A stretch of DNA of 64,000 bases, taken from assembly GCA_003971905.1 (NCBI GenBank), contig RSEE01000109.1, forward strand, positions 1 to 64,000. Reading direction: 5' to 3'. Positions 12,240 to 22,925 of the stretch are shown one piece after another; position 1 is the stretch's first letter, and each line of letters opens with the position of its first letter. Below the pieces are notes generated by a model, which did not search any database, was not told where the DNA came from, and was given only the letters and a program-made list of their open reading frames with translations. Made by a program: the position numbers and the translations under genes. The stretch comes from Moniliella sp. 'wahieum' (taxonomy: Eukaryota).

Positions 12240-14912
12240 TCACGCATAACCATACGGCTCGTACTTATCCGATCGCCACGCAGGCGGAGCGGGACCAACG
12301 TTACTAACGTTAGCATTAGCGGTAGCGTTAACGTTCGAGTTCGGGGTGGCGTTGGGGTTCGGGGGCAAGCTGTAGGACGCAGGGTAGTACGCAGCTTGGG
12401 CCAAGGGAGCGGCCGAACTGGGCGGGTGGGATGAGCATGCGGTGAGCATGAGCATGAGCATGAGTATGCGGGTGAGGGTGAGGGTGAGGGTGAGCATGCG
12501 GATGAGCGTGTTGGGGGTGGGGGTAGGTGTGTGGGTGAGAAGCTGTGTCGGGGTGTGGGCTGGAGGAAGGTGGGGGCTGTGCCTGGTGGGGGAAGCGGGG
12601 CGAGTGAGGCTGGTGTGCCAGTGCCAGTGCCAGTGCCAGTTCCAGTGCCCGAGGCGGAAGCGGAAGCGGAAGAAGAAGTAGAGGTAAGCGGGGGTGGGGA
12701 GGGAAGAGCGCCAAGCCGGTTCAGGGAGGTAATATCCCCTGCGGGGGCGGGGGTCCAGGGTGCGACGGGAGGGTAGGTAGAAGTGGACGTGGAACCGGAA
12801 GCGGGATTGGGATTGGAGACGGGATTGGGATTGGGAGGGGAGTGGAAGTGGCGGGGTCGGAGTGAGGTGGAACGTAGCTGGGCCAGGGGGCACGAAGGAG
12901 CGTAGTGGGCCCGAGGTGGAGGTGGAAAGGGGGGAGGAGGGGACGGCAGGTGGGCCCACGGGATCGGATAGCGGCACCGAGTACCGCGCAGGGTCCGAGG
13001 GGTTACAGCGTCTGGCCCTGGTTCGGGTTCGGGGTCTGGTTCTGGGTCTGGGTCTGGGTGTCGTGGGACAAGGTGGGAGCTGCGGAGCTGGGACCGGAGC
13101 GAGGAAGACAGTGCCAGGCGGATGAAACGGGATGTGGAAGAAGAAGAAGGTGGGGTAGGGTGGAGCTGGGGTTGTCGAGGTCGGACGAGATGAGGAAGCA
13201 GCCAGTGATGGGGCTACGACAGCCAAGACGTGAGCGGGGAAATTTTTGTCCGTCTTGGTTTTAGGCAAGCGGGTAGCCAAGTCGGCACCGACAGAACGAA
13301 CGACCTGTTCTCCGCATTTCCTCCCATCTTCGCCCACCACATCTTCCACCACCGCAATTGCTGTCCCGTCCAAAAGAGATTGTTTGGCATGCGCCACATT
13401 CTCATCCTCCTGCATCAACTCGGCCGCACTCTTCAACAGATAGCCCAGCTCATTGTCCTTGGTGCGCGAAGAAATCACATGCGTCTTGTAATGTGAAGAC
13501 TGTTGTCCTGCCGCGAAAAGCGCGAGTTGCAGCCAGGAAAGGTACATACGTACGGCCGCGCCCCGGTCCCGTCTGAAGGCAAAGAAGACAGACAAGCCGC
13601 AAAAGAGTCAGCAAAGCCCATCAACAAAGACAAATAAATATGGTCAACCAGTCAACCAGTCAACAGATCAACCAGTCCACAGGTCAACAGGTCAACCAGT
13701 CAACAGATCAACCAGTCAACAGGCCAACCAGTCAACAGATCAACCAGCCAAGAGGACACGAGGGGGGGGGGTACGATAAGGACTTACCCTTGTGCACCCG
13801 GCTGTGCCGAGCGGCGTGGCCGGAAGTGGAAAATGTGTGGGAACAAATTCCACAGGGGAAGCGTTTTTGACCATCGATCATGACGGGGCCCGGACGGGTC
13901 GAGGGGCGGAAGGTGCCGCGATGTCGTTTCGAGGGGTGCGCAGCGTCGTCGGTACTGCCCCCCGCGGGAGCCGGGGCGGGTACAGTACCTTCGGAAGCAG
14001 TCGCAGTCGTAGCCGTAGCTCCAGCCGCAGTAGCAGGCGTAGCAGTAGCAGTACCCGAAGAGGTAGTGGACTGATGCGCAGCCAGAGGTCGAGGTGCAGA
14101 TTCGGTTTTGGTGGGGTCGGTCTCATCGTCTCGACCCGTGTCGGGCAGAGCGGTAGCGGTAGCGGTAGTGGTAGTGGATGCGCCAGGCTCGGTGGGGCTG
14201 TCGGGCAGTTCGGTGCGGGAGGAAGCACGTCGTCTTGCGGATCCTTCGAGGTCGCGACGGCGTTTGGCGCGGGGCTTGAGGAAAGGCGCAAGGAGGCGCT
14301 CAGCCTGGGGCGTGAGCATGCCTCCGCCGGGACTAGAAGAAGGGTGGGAGAACGAGGGGCGTTGCGGGCCGAGGGGAGCAAAGGGGGGAGGGAAGGCAGG
14401 GGTAGGAGCAGTAGTAGCAGCGGTCGGGAGGCCCGAGACAACAGTGGGGGAGGAGTGGGAGGCAGGGCCAAAGGAGGCTGTGGGGTCGCGACGGAGCAGA
14501 TCGGGCGGAGGAGGGGCGAGGAGGGGAAGTGAGTCGGGCGTGGCCGACACTGGGCCGGAGGCAGGAGGAGCAAAGCTGCTGGGAGCGGGGCGCTCAGCGG
14601 CGGAGCGGGGTTGGGGCAGGTGGGAGCGGGTGAGGGATGGTGAGGGCGGCGCGGTGCTGGTGCTGCTGGTGCTGCTGGTGCTGCTGGTGCTGCTGGTGCT
14701 GCTGGTGCTGGTACTGGAGGGGGTGGAGGAGGTGCGGGGGGGGGGCGGGGGGCGGCTGGAACTGGGGGGCGGGGGGGCAGCGGGGCGGCGCGCTGGAGGG
14801 CACTGGTGCCGGCGCCCACACCGGGGGCAGGGAAGGCGAGGTGCTTGAGCGGGGGCGGGGGGCGGGTGTCGCGCAGCGGGGAGGGCGCCGGGAGCGGCTC
14901 GAGACGCGCCAT
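12240..14912 (-). CDS. NRG1: Two-finger C2H2 transcription factor, Nrg1/Nrg2-like (intron 13573-13787; ends uncertain)
   Basis: Spliced fingers FPCGICSHTFSTSGHAARHSRVH and YVCTFPGCNSRFSRQDNSL(Q)HYKTH match the Nrg1 TTSGHLARH / RFSRHDN pattern. Low-complexity Pro/His/Ala flanks. Confidence 0.7.
13643..13748. repeat. Degenerate (GTCAACCA / GATCAACCA / GTCAACAG) tandem repeat inside the Nrg1-like intron
   Basis: Read directly; about 12 units of 8-9 nt. Confidence 0.85.
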
Positions 14913-17346
14913 GGGCAAGTGTGGTGGTGGATGGGAAGGTGGTAGTGGATGGGAGCGCGGGGGGGGCCAGGGCTTTGGATGCGGGCGCGGCGGCAGCAGG
15001 CGGCTGCTCGGGCGGGTGGCACGCGGCGAGTGTGGGCGGCGCGCGGCACAGACACTGCGCGTGTGCCGAGCGTGCGCCGAGAGGGAGAGCGAGTGCTGGT
15101 CACCCGTCGCTAGTCACTACAGTCGCTGGTAGCCACGGGGACGCACTCGGCTGCCGGCGGCCCTGCGGGCTGGGCACGCCACCAGTCTCAGGCGGATTGG
15201 GCCGGCACGGCACGGCGCCTGTGTTGGACGGTGCTGCGCCCATGTAAGCCACAGGGCCACTGTGTGCTGCTGCGCCCAGCTGCGCGCATCACCGGTGTGT
15301 CACGCCCCTGTCACATGTCACCATGCATGTCACACCGCGTGTCATGCAAGTCACGTGTCACAGCAGCGTCCGACCGCTTTTGGTGCGCAGCAGCGCTCAA
15401 GCTTCAAGCTTTCAAGAGAGAGGGGGGTTGAGTTCAACTGAACGTTACGTTCAACGTGCACTGTTCTTACCTTTGTCAACATCTCAGATGTGAGTCCCAC
15501 ATCCCACCTGTCACAACCATGTCAACCCCGACGCGGGGTCTCACGATTGTCGGAGCCGCCATGCACCGTTCGGGTCGAGGCAGCGGAGAGGAGTGCTAGT
15601 GGCACCGTATGTGACGAGTTGGAGGAGAGGGAGGAGGGGGAGAACGAACGCAAGGGACCAGCCGAAGAGGCCATTTATCGCGTGCCGTGTGGTGGGGCCA
15701 GGCGAGCGTGTGTGTGAAGGCGGGGTATTGGATGTGCCCCTGGCTGGGTGCCACCATTCTGTCACCTGTGGTCCGTGCCGTCACACCAAAAACGGGATTT
15801 GGTCACACTAGTGCCGGATGTGCGCGGGCGGATGTAGACACGCCGAGGGGCCGCCGCTTTACAGCGCACTAGGCTGCTGCACTTGAAGCTTGAAGCTTCG
15901 GCTTGAGCGTTTCAGCGCTTCAGCTTCCCATGTCACATGCAGTATCACATGTCACACGAAAAAACCAGCGCTCGGCGCCACCTCGGGCAACAGCACCAAG
16001 AGCAACTGTGCGTATGCGGCCGCAACGCGCCACCACCAGTTACACCTGTCACATGTCACCTGCATCACATGTCACATGTCACAAAAGGAGGTCAGACTCC
16101 AGGCCCCAGGAGAAGGAGGAGGAGTGGCACTACTCAGTCAGTACTCACACCAGAGGATAGGGAGGGATATACATCCTGTGTGGCATATATGGTGTTGCAT
16201 GCGAAGGAATTACTCATCCTGGTTACCCAGCGATGTCCTAAGTGAAGTTATGCAGGCAGAGAGAAGACGGGAGCTGGGTTGAACGTTGAACGTTGAACGT
16301 TGAACCCATTGCAGACTGTGGATCAGAAGAAGAAAAAGAGTGGCCCAAGGCCAGAGGATAGTGACACAACTGGGTTAGTTCCCCGATATGTAAGAGGATC
16401 GGCCGGACAGGGTGATCTTGGAGGTGGCTGGCCCTTAAGACCCTCAGTGGTCAACAGGAATGAAGAAGATTAGACTGTTAGAGGAATCTTTCGGCTGTCA
16501 TCTAACATCGTTTAGCTGATCTCGCTCCTATTTCCAATTCCGTCTTCGTTTCGAGCGTCTCGCTCCTTTTTCCTTTTTCTTCCACTTCGCACCATGTCCT
16601 CTGCTCTTGCTTCTTCCCCAATACTACGAACGATTGCTACACCCCTTAGGGTTTGGCCTAGTCTCGAGTCTGGTCTTCCTCGCCTTAACCCCGACGGTAA
16701 CATTGGCGGTGGAGGTTGTTTAGCCCTCAAACCCGTGGTGGTGGCCAACGTGCAACAGCCCATAACCCCCAGCCCACAGCCCACAGTCCAGCGATGCATC
16801 ATGGGAAAGGGAGGGGAGGCTATTATGGGGCGAAGAGTCGGGGGGAGTATCGGGGTGGGACCTGATATTGATATGGGGACTCGTCGATGTGTATACGTAT
16901 ACCTTTGAATCCAGTCTACTATACAGTTTTGTAATTCTACTAAGAGGTGCAGAACCACCTTTTGGACGGACCGTCACAGCGACGCGGGAACGGTCCACCG
17001 AGGACGGCTTGCGATTGTGGTAGACCTCAGCGGGAGTAGGAGAGAGACAGATCCGCAGTCACGGTTGGGGGTGCGTCAAATGACGGTGTGCGCGCAGATA
17101 TAGATCAGGGAAAGCGAGTGTCCCGATTGCAGAGGAAGTGGTACTCCGACGGGAACACCGTTTCTGTCCAATCTGACTGTGGTATTGTGGCCGCCCATCT
17201 CTCCACGATGCCGCCGTCGTAGGCAGACTCGGACCGAGTCCTTTAGTGGAAGAGCAATCGCTATCTGAAGTAACCGTAGAGTGGCAGGGTGGAACGAGAG
17301 ACGTGATTAGTCAATTCGTAAGCATAAGCGTGGAATAGTCGGTAGA

Positions 17347-17404
17347 GGGAGAAGGGAGAAGGGAGAAGGGAGAAGGGAGAAGGGAGAAGGGAGAAGGGAG
17401 AAGG
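17347..17404. repeat. (GGGAGAA)8 microsatellite
   Basis: Perfect heptamer copies. Confidence 0.95.
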
Positions 17405-18704
17405 TGGAATCAGGTGAATGACCGGGGCAAAGTGCAAACAAATCCGGGGTGTAGAGTGAGGGTTGGTATATAGAGTAATACACAACAGCAGGATACCTAT
17501 CTATTCCATACGAGCAGCACAACTAACCAGAGGCCTTATATTAGGCAGGCATGCTGGTCCTAGAGTCTCTATACTGCACTACGCATTGCATAACATTGAC
17601 GGAGCGTAAGGCGGGGACGAAGAAACGCTGCGCCTATGTATACAGCGACGCGTTGATCCGGCGTGTGGTGTGCTTGCGCCAAAACCCCGTTTTAAGCAAC
17701 CAGGGGATCGTCAGGAGGTCAGGTCCCTCTAGTACCCCCTATCCGGTCCCATCCCCGACGAGGTGCGTGTGTGGATACGTATGAACATGGTAGACTGGGC
17801 GGTGCCCGGTGAACCATCTCCCTTGAGACTCCGTAATCAATTCCTTCCGGTTCCCAAGCATTTCACCCGCGGTCTTGGTGGCATCGTAAGCTCGCGTCGT
17901 CCAAACCAAGGGGAAAAAAGCGGGTCTCGAGTAGGTCCTTGGTACTGGATGACGTTCATGTCGCATTCTGTTTGCTCCAGCACAGCCAAAAAGCTGCTGC
18001 TTTTCCCCAAAGGTGTCAGGCTTTCATGTACCGCCAGTTTTGGGGTACGCGTCGTGCGCGTCCTGCGTTCCCGCGTGGCGTATCTGAGCGTGAGGTCCAC
18101 CTCCATTCCTGATTCTCCTATTGCATCAGGTTCCATCACGCGGTAGACAGTGCGCAGTGCCTTCCTCCCACGCCTTGCCCTTTCATCTTTCTCCACGGGC
18201 GGCTCGTTGTATCTGTGGGTAGGTGCAATATACAAGAGGTGACCCTGTTCCAGCCTTAAGCTCTGTCAATGATATGGATTCAAGAGGTGACGTTGTTGGT
18301 TACATACGGTTGGATCATGATGCCACCGGGTATGCGTCCGGTGCTCATCTCCCGCAGGTGCAGGTGGTTGTGCTGGGCCGCCGTCAGTACTCAGTGGGCG
18401 CGATTGTTGGACGGTTGCAATCGTGGCGTGTTCCACGCTGGCGAGGCAAAGTGCGGTGGCCAAAGATAATCGATAATGGTGGCAACGGGGTGAGCAACTA
18501 GCTAGCAACTGCGTAGTCAGTACGCGCGTCGCTCCGAGCATCACGCGTCGGGGGCGAGTCAGCGCTAGTACTACTAGTCCCCACCAGCGCGCCGCCACCG
18601 CTTACCTAACCGCGTGTGCGTACTGGGTGAGGCTGGTGGGGGTGGCTGTTGGCTGGCGTGCGTGCGTGCGCTCTTCTCCACCGTGGCTGGGTCGTCGTCG
18701 CACC

Positions 18705-20613
18705 ATGTCCAACAAGTATGTCGAGGTGGCCACCGAGGAGCGAGCTGCCCGAGATGCAGGAGCTGGCGCGCTCCCACTCCATCCAGTCCTTCGACGCCGA
18801 GTCTGGTCCGGGCCCGGGCAAGCGCCAGCGCCACGTGTCTGACGGTCAGGCCGCGGGCGAGGGCCAAGGTCAAGGCCAAGGCGAGGAGGACACGTTGCCG
18901 CTGCCTATTGGTTTGGCCAGGGCACCTGAGCGACTCGAGCACAGCGCAGAGCGTACGGTGGCCAAGTTCTTTCATACCCGGCGCATTCGCTGGGTGTTGC
19001 TCGGGCTGGCACTCATCTTGCTTTTGCTCCTCGTTTCCGCCGGCCGCACGTCGTCGGCCCAGCTGTTGCGCGCAAAGCTCAAGGGTGCCGCTCAAGGGTG
19101 GGGGTACACCATCCCCCCCGACGCTCGCATTTATGCACATACCAAGCCCCAGTACGACGACCCGTTCAACCCCGACGACCTCACCTTTACCGAAGAGGAG
19201 TGCGATGCCTACTTTCCCGGGCTGTGGAAGGACGTGGACCGGAGCGTGGCTTACTACACTGAGCACCCGTACGTTTGTTCACCCTCCTCCTCTACGCCTT
19301 ACGCCTTGCGCCTTACGCCTTACGCCTTACCCCTCCCCCGCTGCGCACAGACGGTACTGACACTCCAGCAGGATGACCAGAGAGTACCTCGAGACGTCGT
19401 GTGACGATCCAGACATGACGCATATGCGCGTGAAAGTGTACAACAACCGACTGTACATTCTGTCCTACAAGCAATCGGACTTTACGCGTACGCAAGCGAC
19501 GTTGGCTCTGCTACAACAATCGATCATTACGGCGCGGGAGCCCTTGCCCAACGTGGAGTTCTGCATTGGGGTACAAGACTGGCCTGGGTCCGGCAAGTTT
19601 GGGTTGGACCGCGCTCCCGAGGTGGAAGATGTATGGCTTATGCCTGATTACGCGTTCCTGACCTGGCCCGAGCACGTGGGCACGTACCACGATGTGCGCC
19701 GTCGGATCGAGCAAGTGGAGCAGGCTACGCCCTGGGAGAAGAAGACCCCACGACTCTGTGGCGCGGCGCAATGGGCGTCGGCACGGCCGATCGAGAGGCG
19801 ATGGTCAAGGCCGCTCAGGGGTACCCTTGGAACGACATTAAGGCCGTCAATTGGGCCACAGGCGAAAACAGTATCAAGATGGAAGACCATTGCAAGTGGA
19901 AGTACCAAGGTTTTGCTGATGGAAACTCCTACAGGTACGTCGTCCTTTTTACTCGCTTGTCCTTTTCCCCGTAGTTTTTTTTCTTTGTTCGCCACCGCGC
20001 CGTTGGGGTCACACCCGCACGACGGGGCCTACGTCGCTTGGTCTGGTCCAAACTAGTGGTACTGACACACGTTTGATGGCACGCAACGCAGTGGTCGACT
20101 GCGGTACCTGCAAAACTGCAAGACGGTGATTGTCACGCACCGTCCTCGCTGGCTGCAGCACTGGACGCACCTGTACAACAGCGACTGGACATCAGCGGAG
20201 CAAAACATCGTGCTGATTCCGGAGCCGGAGGGATGCGCCTGCGCTGACGGAGGACGGCAAGTTGGCCGACGACCACGACCGGTTGTGGGAGCGGTTACCC
20301 GAGACGATGGGCGCGCTGCTACAGGACGATGAACGTGCAAAGCGGATCGCAGAGAACCAGTGGAACTTTTTCCGCAACCGCTATGTCTCCCCAGCGGGCG
20401 GCGTGTTACTGGCGCAAGGCGCTCAAGGGCTATGGCTCGGTACAGAACTTTACCGTCTCGATGGCCGGGACGGAAACGTCGTACGAGTCGTGGGTCACGC
20501 GCGGCGGGCTGCGCGACGCAACTTGGCGCGAAGGCATCCAGCGCCGCGCGGAGCGTGTGAACCTGCAGAGCAGGGATCTGGCAACTGGGAGCTGGCAACG
20601 TATGAACATGTGA
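18705..20613 (+). CDS. Glycosyltransferase family 90 (CAP10/KDELC-like) type II membrane protein (introns about 19269-19367 and 19935-20090)
   Basis: N-terminal TM (WVLLGLALILLLLLVSA), EEECDAYFPGLW, PLPNVEFC, WLMPDYAF, PWEKK..WRGA, MEDHCKWKY, YSGRLRYLQNC, WLQHWTHL, AKRIAEN..FFRNRY..CYWR. Confidence 0.85.
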
Positions 20614-21190
20614 ACACTGTGTTTTTTTGTTTGGGTGTGTGCGTCTGCCCATGCTGGTGGGGACGCGAGGTTGGGGCGGCGGTGGGCATGGCGTGCTCTC
20701 GAGCGCAGTGATAGGCACACGACAAGCGATAGTGTGGTGGGGGGCAGTGGTACCACTAGTGAGCAATCCTCAATCCAGCCAGCTGAGGGATTAAATCGAA
20801 CGCCAGAATACATCTCACAGGGGTGGTATGTGGGAAGGAATGGCCACACGCCCACTAAGGATTGCGTGGTGAAAAGGTATCACGACAGATTGTGGCTTCA
20901 CGATCGCACAGCTTCACTGGCTCTGTTATTCTCAGTTCGATTCTGGGCGCAGTCACTTTTTTGTGGGATGCAGCAATGCGGCACTGCTAGTTTGAAATTG
21001 CAGGCCCCCACAACCCGTCCCGCTTGCTCTTCGGTTCGTCCCGTCTGGGGCACCCAAGCCACATCGTCATCAACACAGCAGCACACAGGCATCCTCCTTT
21101 TTCTTCTTCTTTTTCCTTCTTCTTCTTCTTCTCCTCCTTCTCCATCTCCTTTTCATTCCCCCCCCCTCCTCCTTCTCCCCCCTCTGCGCC

Positions 21191-22594
21191 ATGCCACCGT
21201 GCGCGTGCTCGCCGGCGGCTCACGCGACACGCTCTTTCCCGTGGCGGTGAACACGACCTGCACCGCTGCCCATCCGCAGTAGCCAATTCGATGGTCTGGT
21301 CACTGTGCGCATCAAGAACTACCCTGTCCCATCCGCCACTGACGAGTCCAAGTCCGACGCGCTCTACTTCCACCTCGGCTACGGCACCCACGTCACCTGC
21401 AGCATCCAATTCCAAGGCCGCTTCCTCACCCCCGTCTCTGCCGACGACCTGCTCTGGGGCATCGAATTTGATGCCCCCATCCGTGTACGCTCTCTCTTTC
21501 ACCTTCTTCTTCTTCCTCTTCACCATCACCATCTTCTTCTTCTTCCTCCTCTTCCTCTCTTCTTCCTCTCCCTCCCTCCTCCCCCCCCCCCCCCCCCCCC
21601 CCCTCCCGCCTGCGCGCACTGGAACTAACCTAATCCGGGCTACCACAGGACAAGCTACCCTCTGGCACGTCCTTATCCCTAGCGGTCAAGTCAGTGAGCA
21701 TGATGGAGCCCAACCTAGCGCAAGGGTTGTACTCCGACACGCCCTGGGCATTTGCGCCTTAGTCACGGCCATGTCGCGGTTACGCGTCGCAATCCTCCCG
21801 AGTCAGAGTCAGAAGAAGCAGCGTGCTGGCCTCCGTTCCCTAGCCCGCTCAACGGAACGGCAATTGAGGACGACGTAGATGCCCTCCTGCCCCGCACCCG
21901 CACAGACGACACGCAACGTGTACGTTGCCAATTGGCTGAGCCTACCTGCTCACCTACCTCTCAGCTCTCTTCTACTTCTGCCTCTGGCTCTACCTGTACT
22001 TCTGCGTCTGCCTGTGGGTCTGGTTCTGCTCTGCCTGTGGGTCTGGCTCTGGCTCTTCCTCCGTCCCGGCATCAGCTTCTAGCTGTACATCTACTAATCT
22101 TGCAGCATCGGCACGTACTGTGGCTGGCTGCTCATACCGCCAATCGGGATTACAGGGGACCGGATCCGTCCATGGTGGAAGGTGCGCCTGCAGCGGCCAA
22201 AGCGCGTGTGGCCTACTTTTCCAGTCCGTCGCACCGGCAAGCCTGTACGTTTAAGCCCGAGATGCTAGTCACAGGCGACTTTGCCCATGGGATGGTGGAT
22301 GTGGCTGGGCTAACGTTGGAGGTACCTACGTTTGGCTTGGCGGCTCCGTGGGCATTGACGTTTGACTTGGCCCAGCACTGGTGCAACGTACCGCTATACT
22401 TTGTTGTGCGGCACAAAGCTCGGCCTGGTGCTCAAGGTTTTTTTTTCTGGTCCAGTACGTTGGGCTTGCCTTGCCGTGCTCCCCTAACACCTTCTCTTCC
22501 TCTTCCCACCTTCCCCCTCTGACCCCGTCCGAACCCTCAATACTAACCTACTTCTCCACCTAGGTTCACCCTCGTCGAAACATGTTTGAGCTAA
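21191..22594 (+). CDS. DUF1769 family protein (introns about 21485-21648 and near 22455-22563; frameshifted)
   Basis: RVLAG, RIKNY, TCSIQFQGRFLTPVSADDLLWGIEFDAPIR, AKARVAYFSSPSHRQACTFKPE..GDFAHG, W..PLYFV match the DUF1769 pattern as I recall it. Confidence 0.7.
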
Positions 22595-22628
22595 GGCACA
22601 ATCCGAAGGGGCGGTAGCGTGTTGTAGT

Positions 22629-22800
22629 GGACAGGCCAGGACAGACCAGGACAGACCAGGACAGACCAGGACAGACCAGGACAGACCAGGACAGACCAGG
22701 ACAGACCAGGACAGACCAACAACAAAGGCAAAAAAACGAGAAATGCAATGCAATGCACACAACGCAACGCAACGCAACGCAACGCAACGCAACGCAACGC
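22629..22800. repeat. (GGACAGACCA)9 followed by (AACGC)8 in a convergent intergenic gap
   Basis: 10-mer at 22629-22718, pentamer at 22761-22800. Confidence 0.95.
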
Positions 22801-22925
22801 AACCAAAACAAAGCAACCCCGAGCAAACCTGGTACCCAGCAGGGTGTGAGACTAGACTACCCATTCTGCTCGCGCGGGAAGGTATCATATATCAGGGGGC
22901 CAGGTCAGCCAGCATGGCATAGGGG

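Noticed and set aside
17837..18600. Short ORFs as possible transposon remnants
   Set aside because: No recognisable RT, integrase or transposase motifs, LTRs or TIRs.
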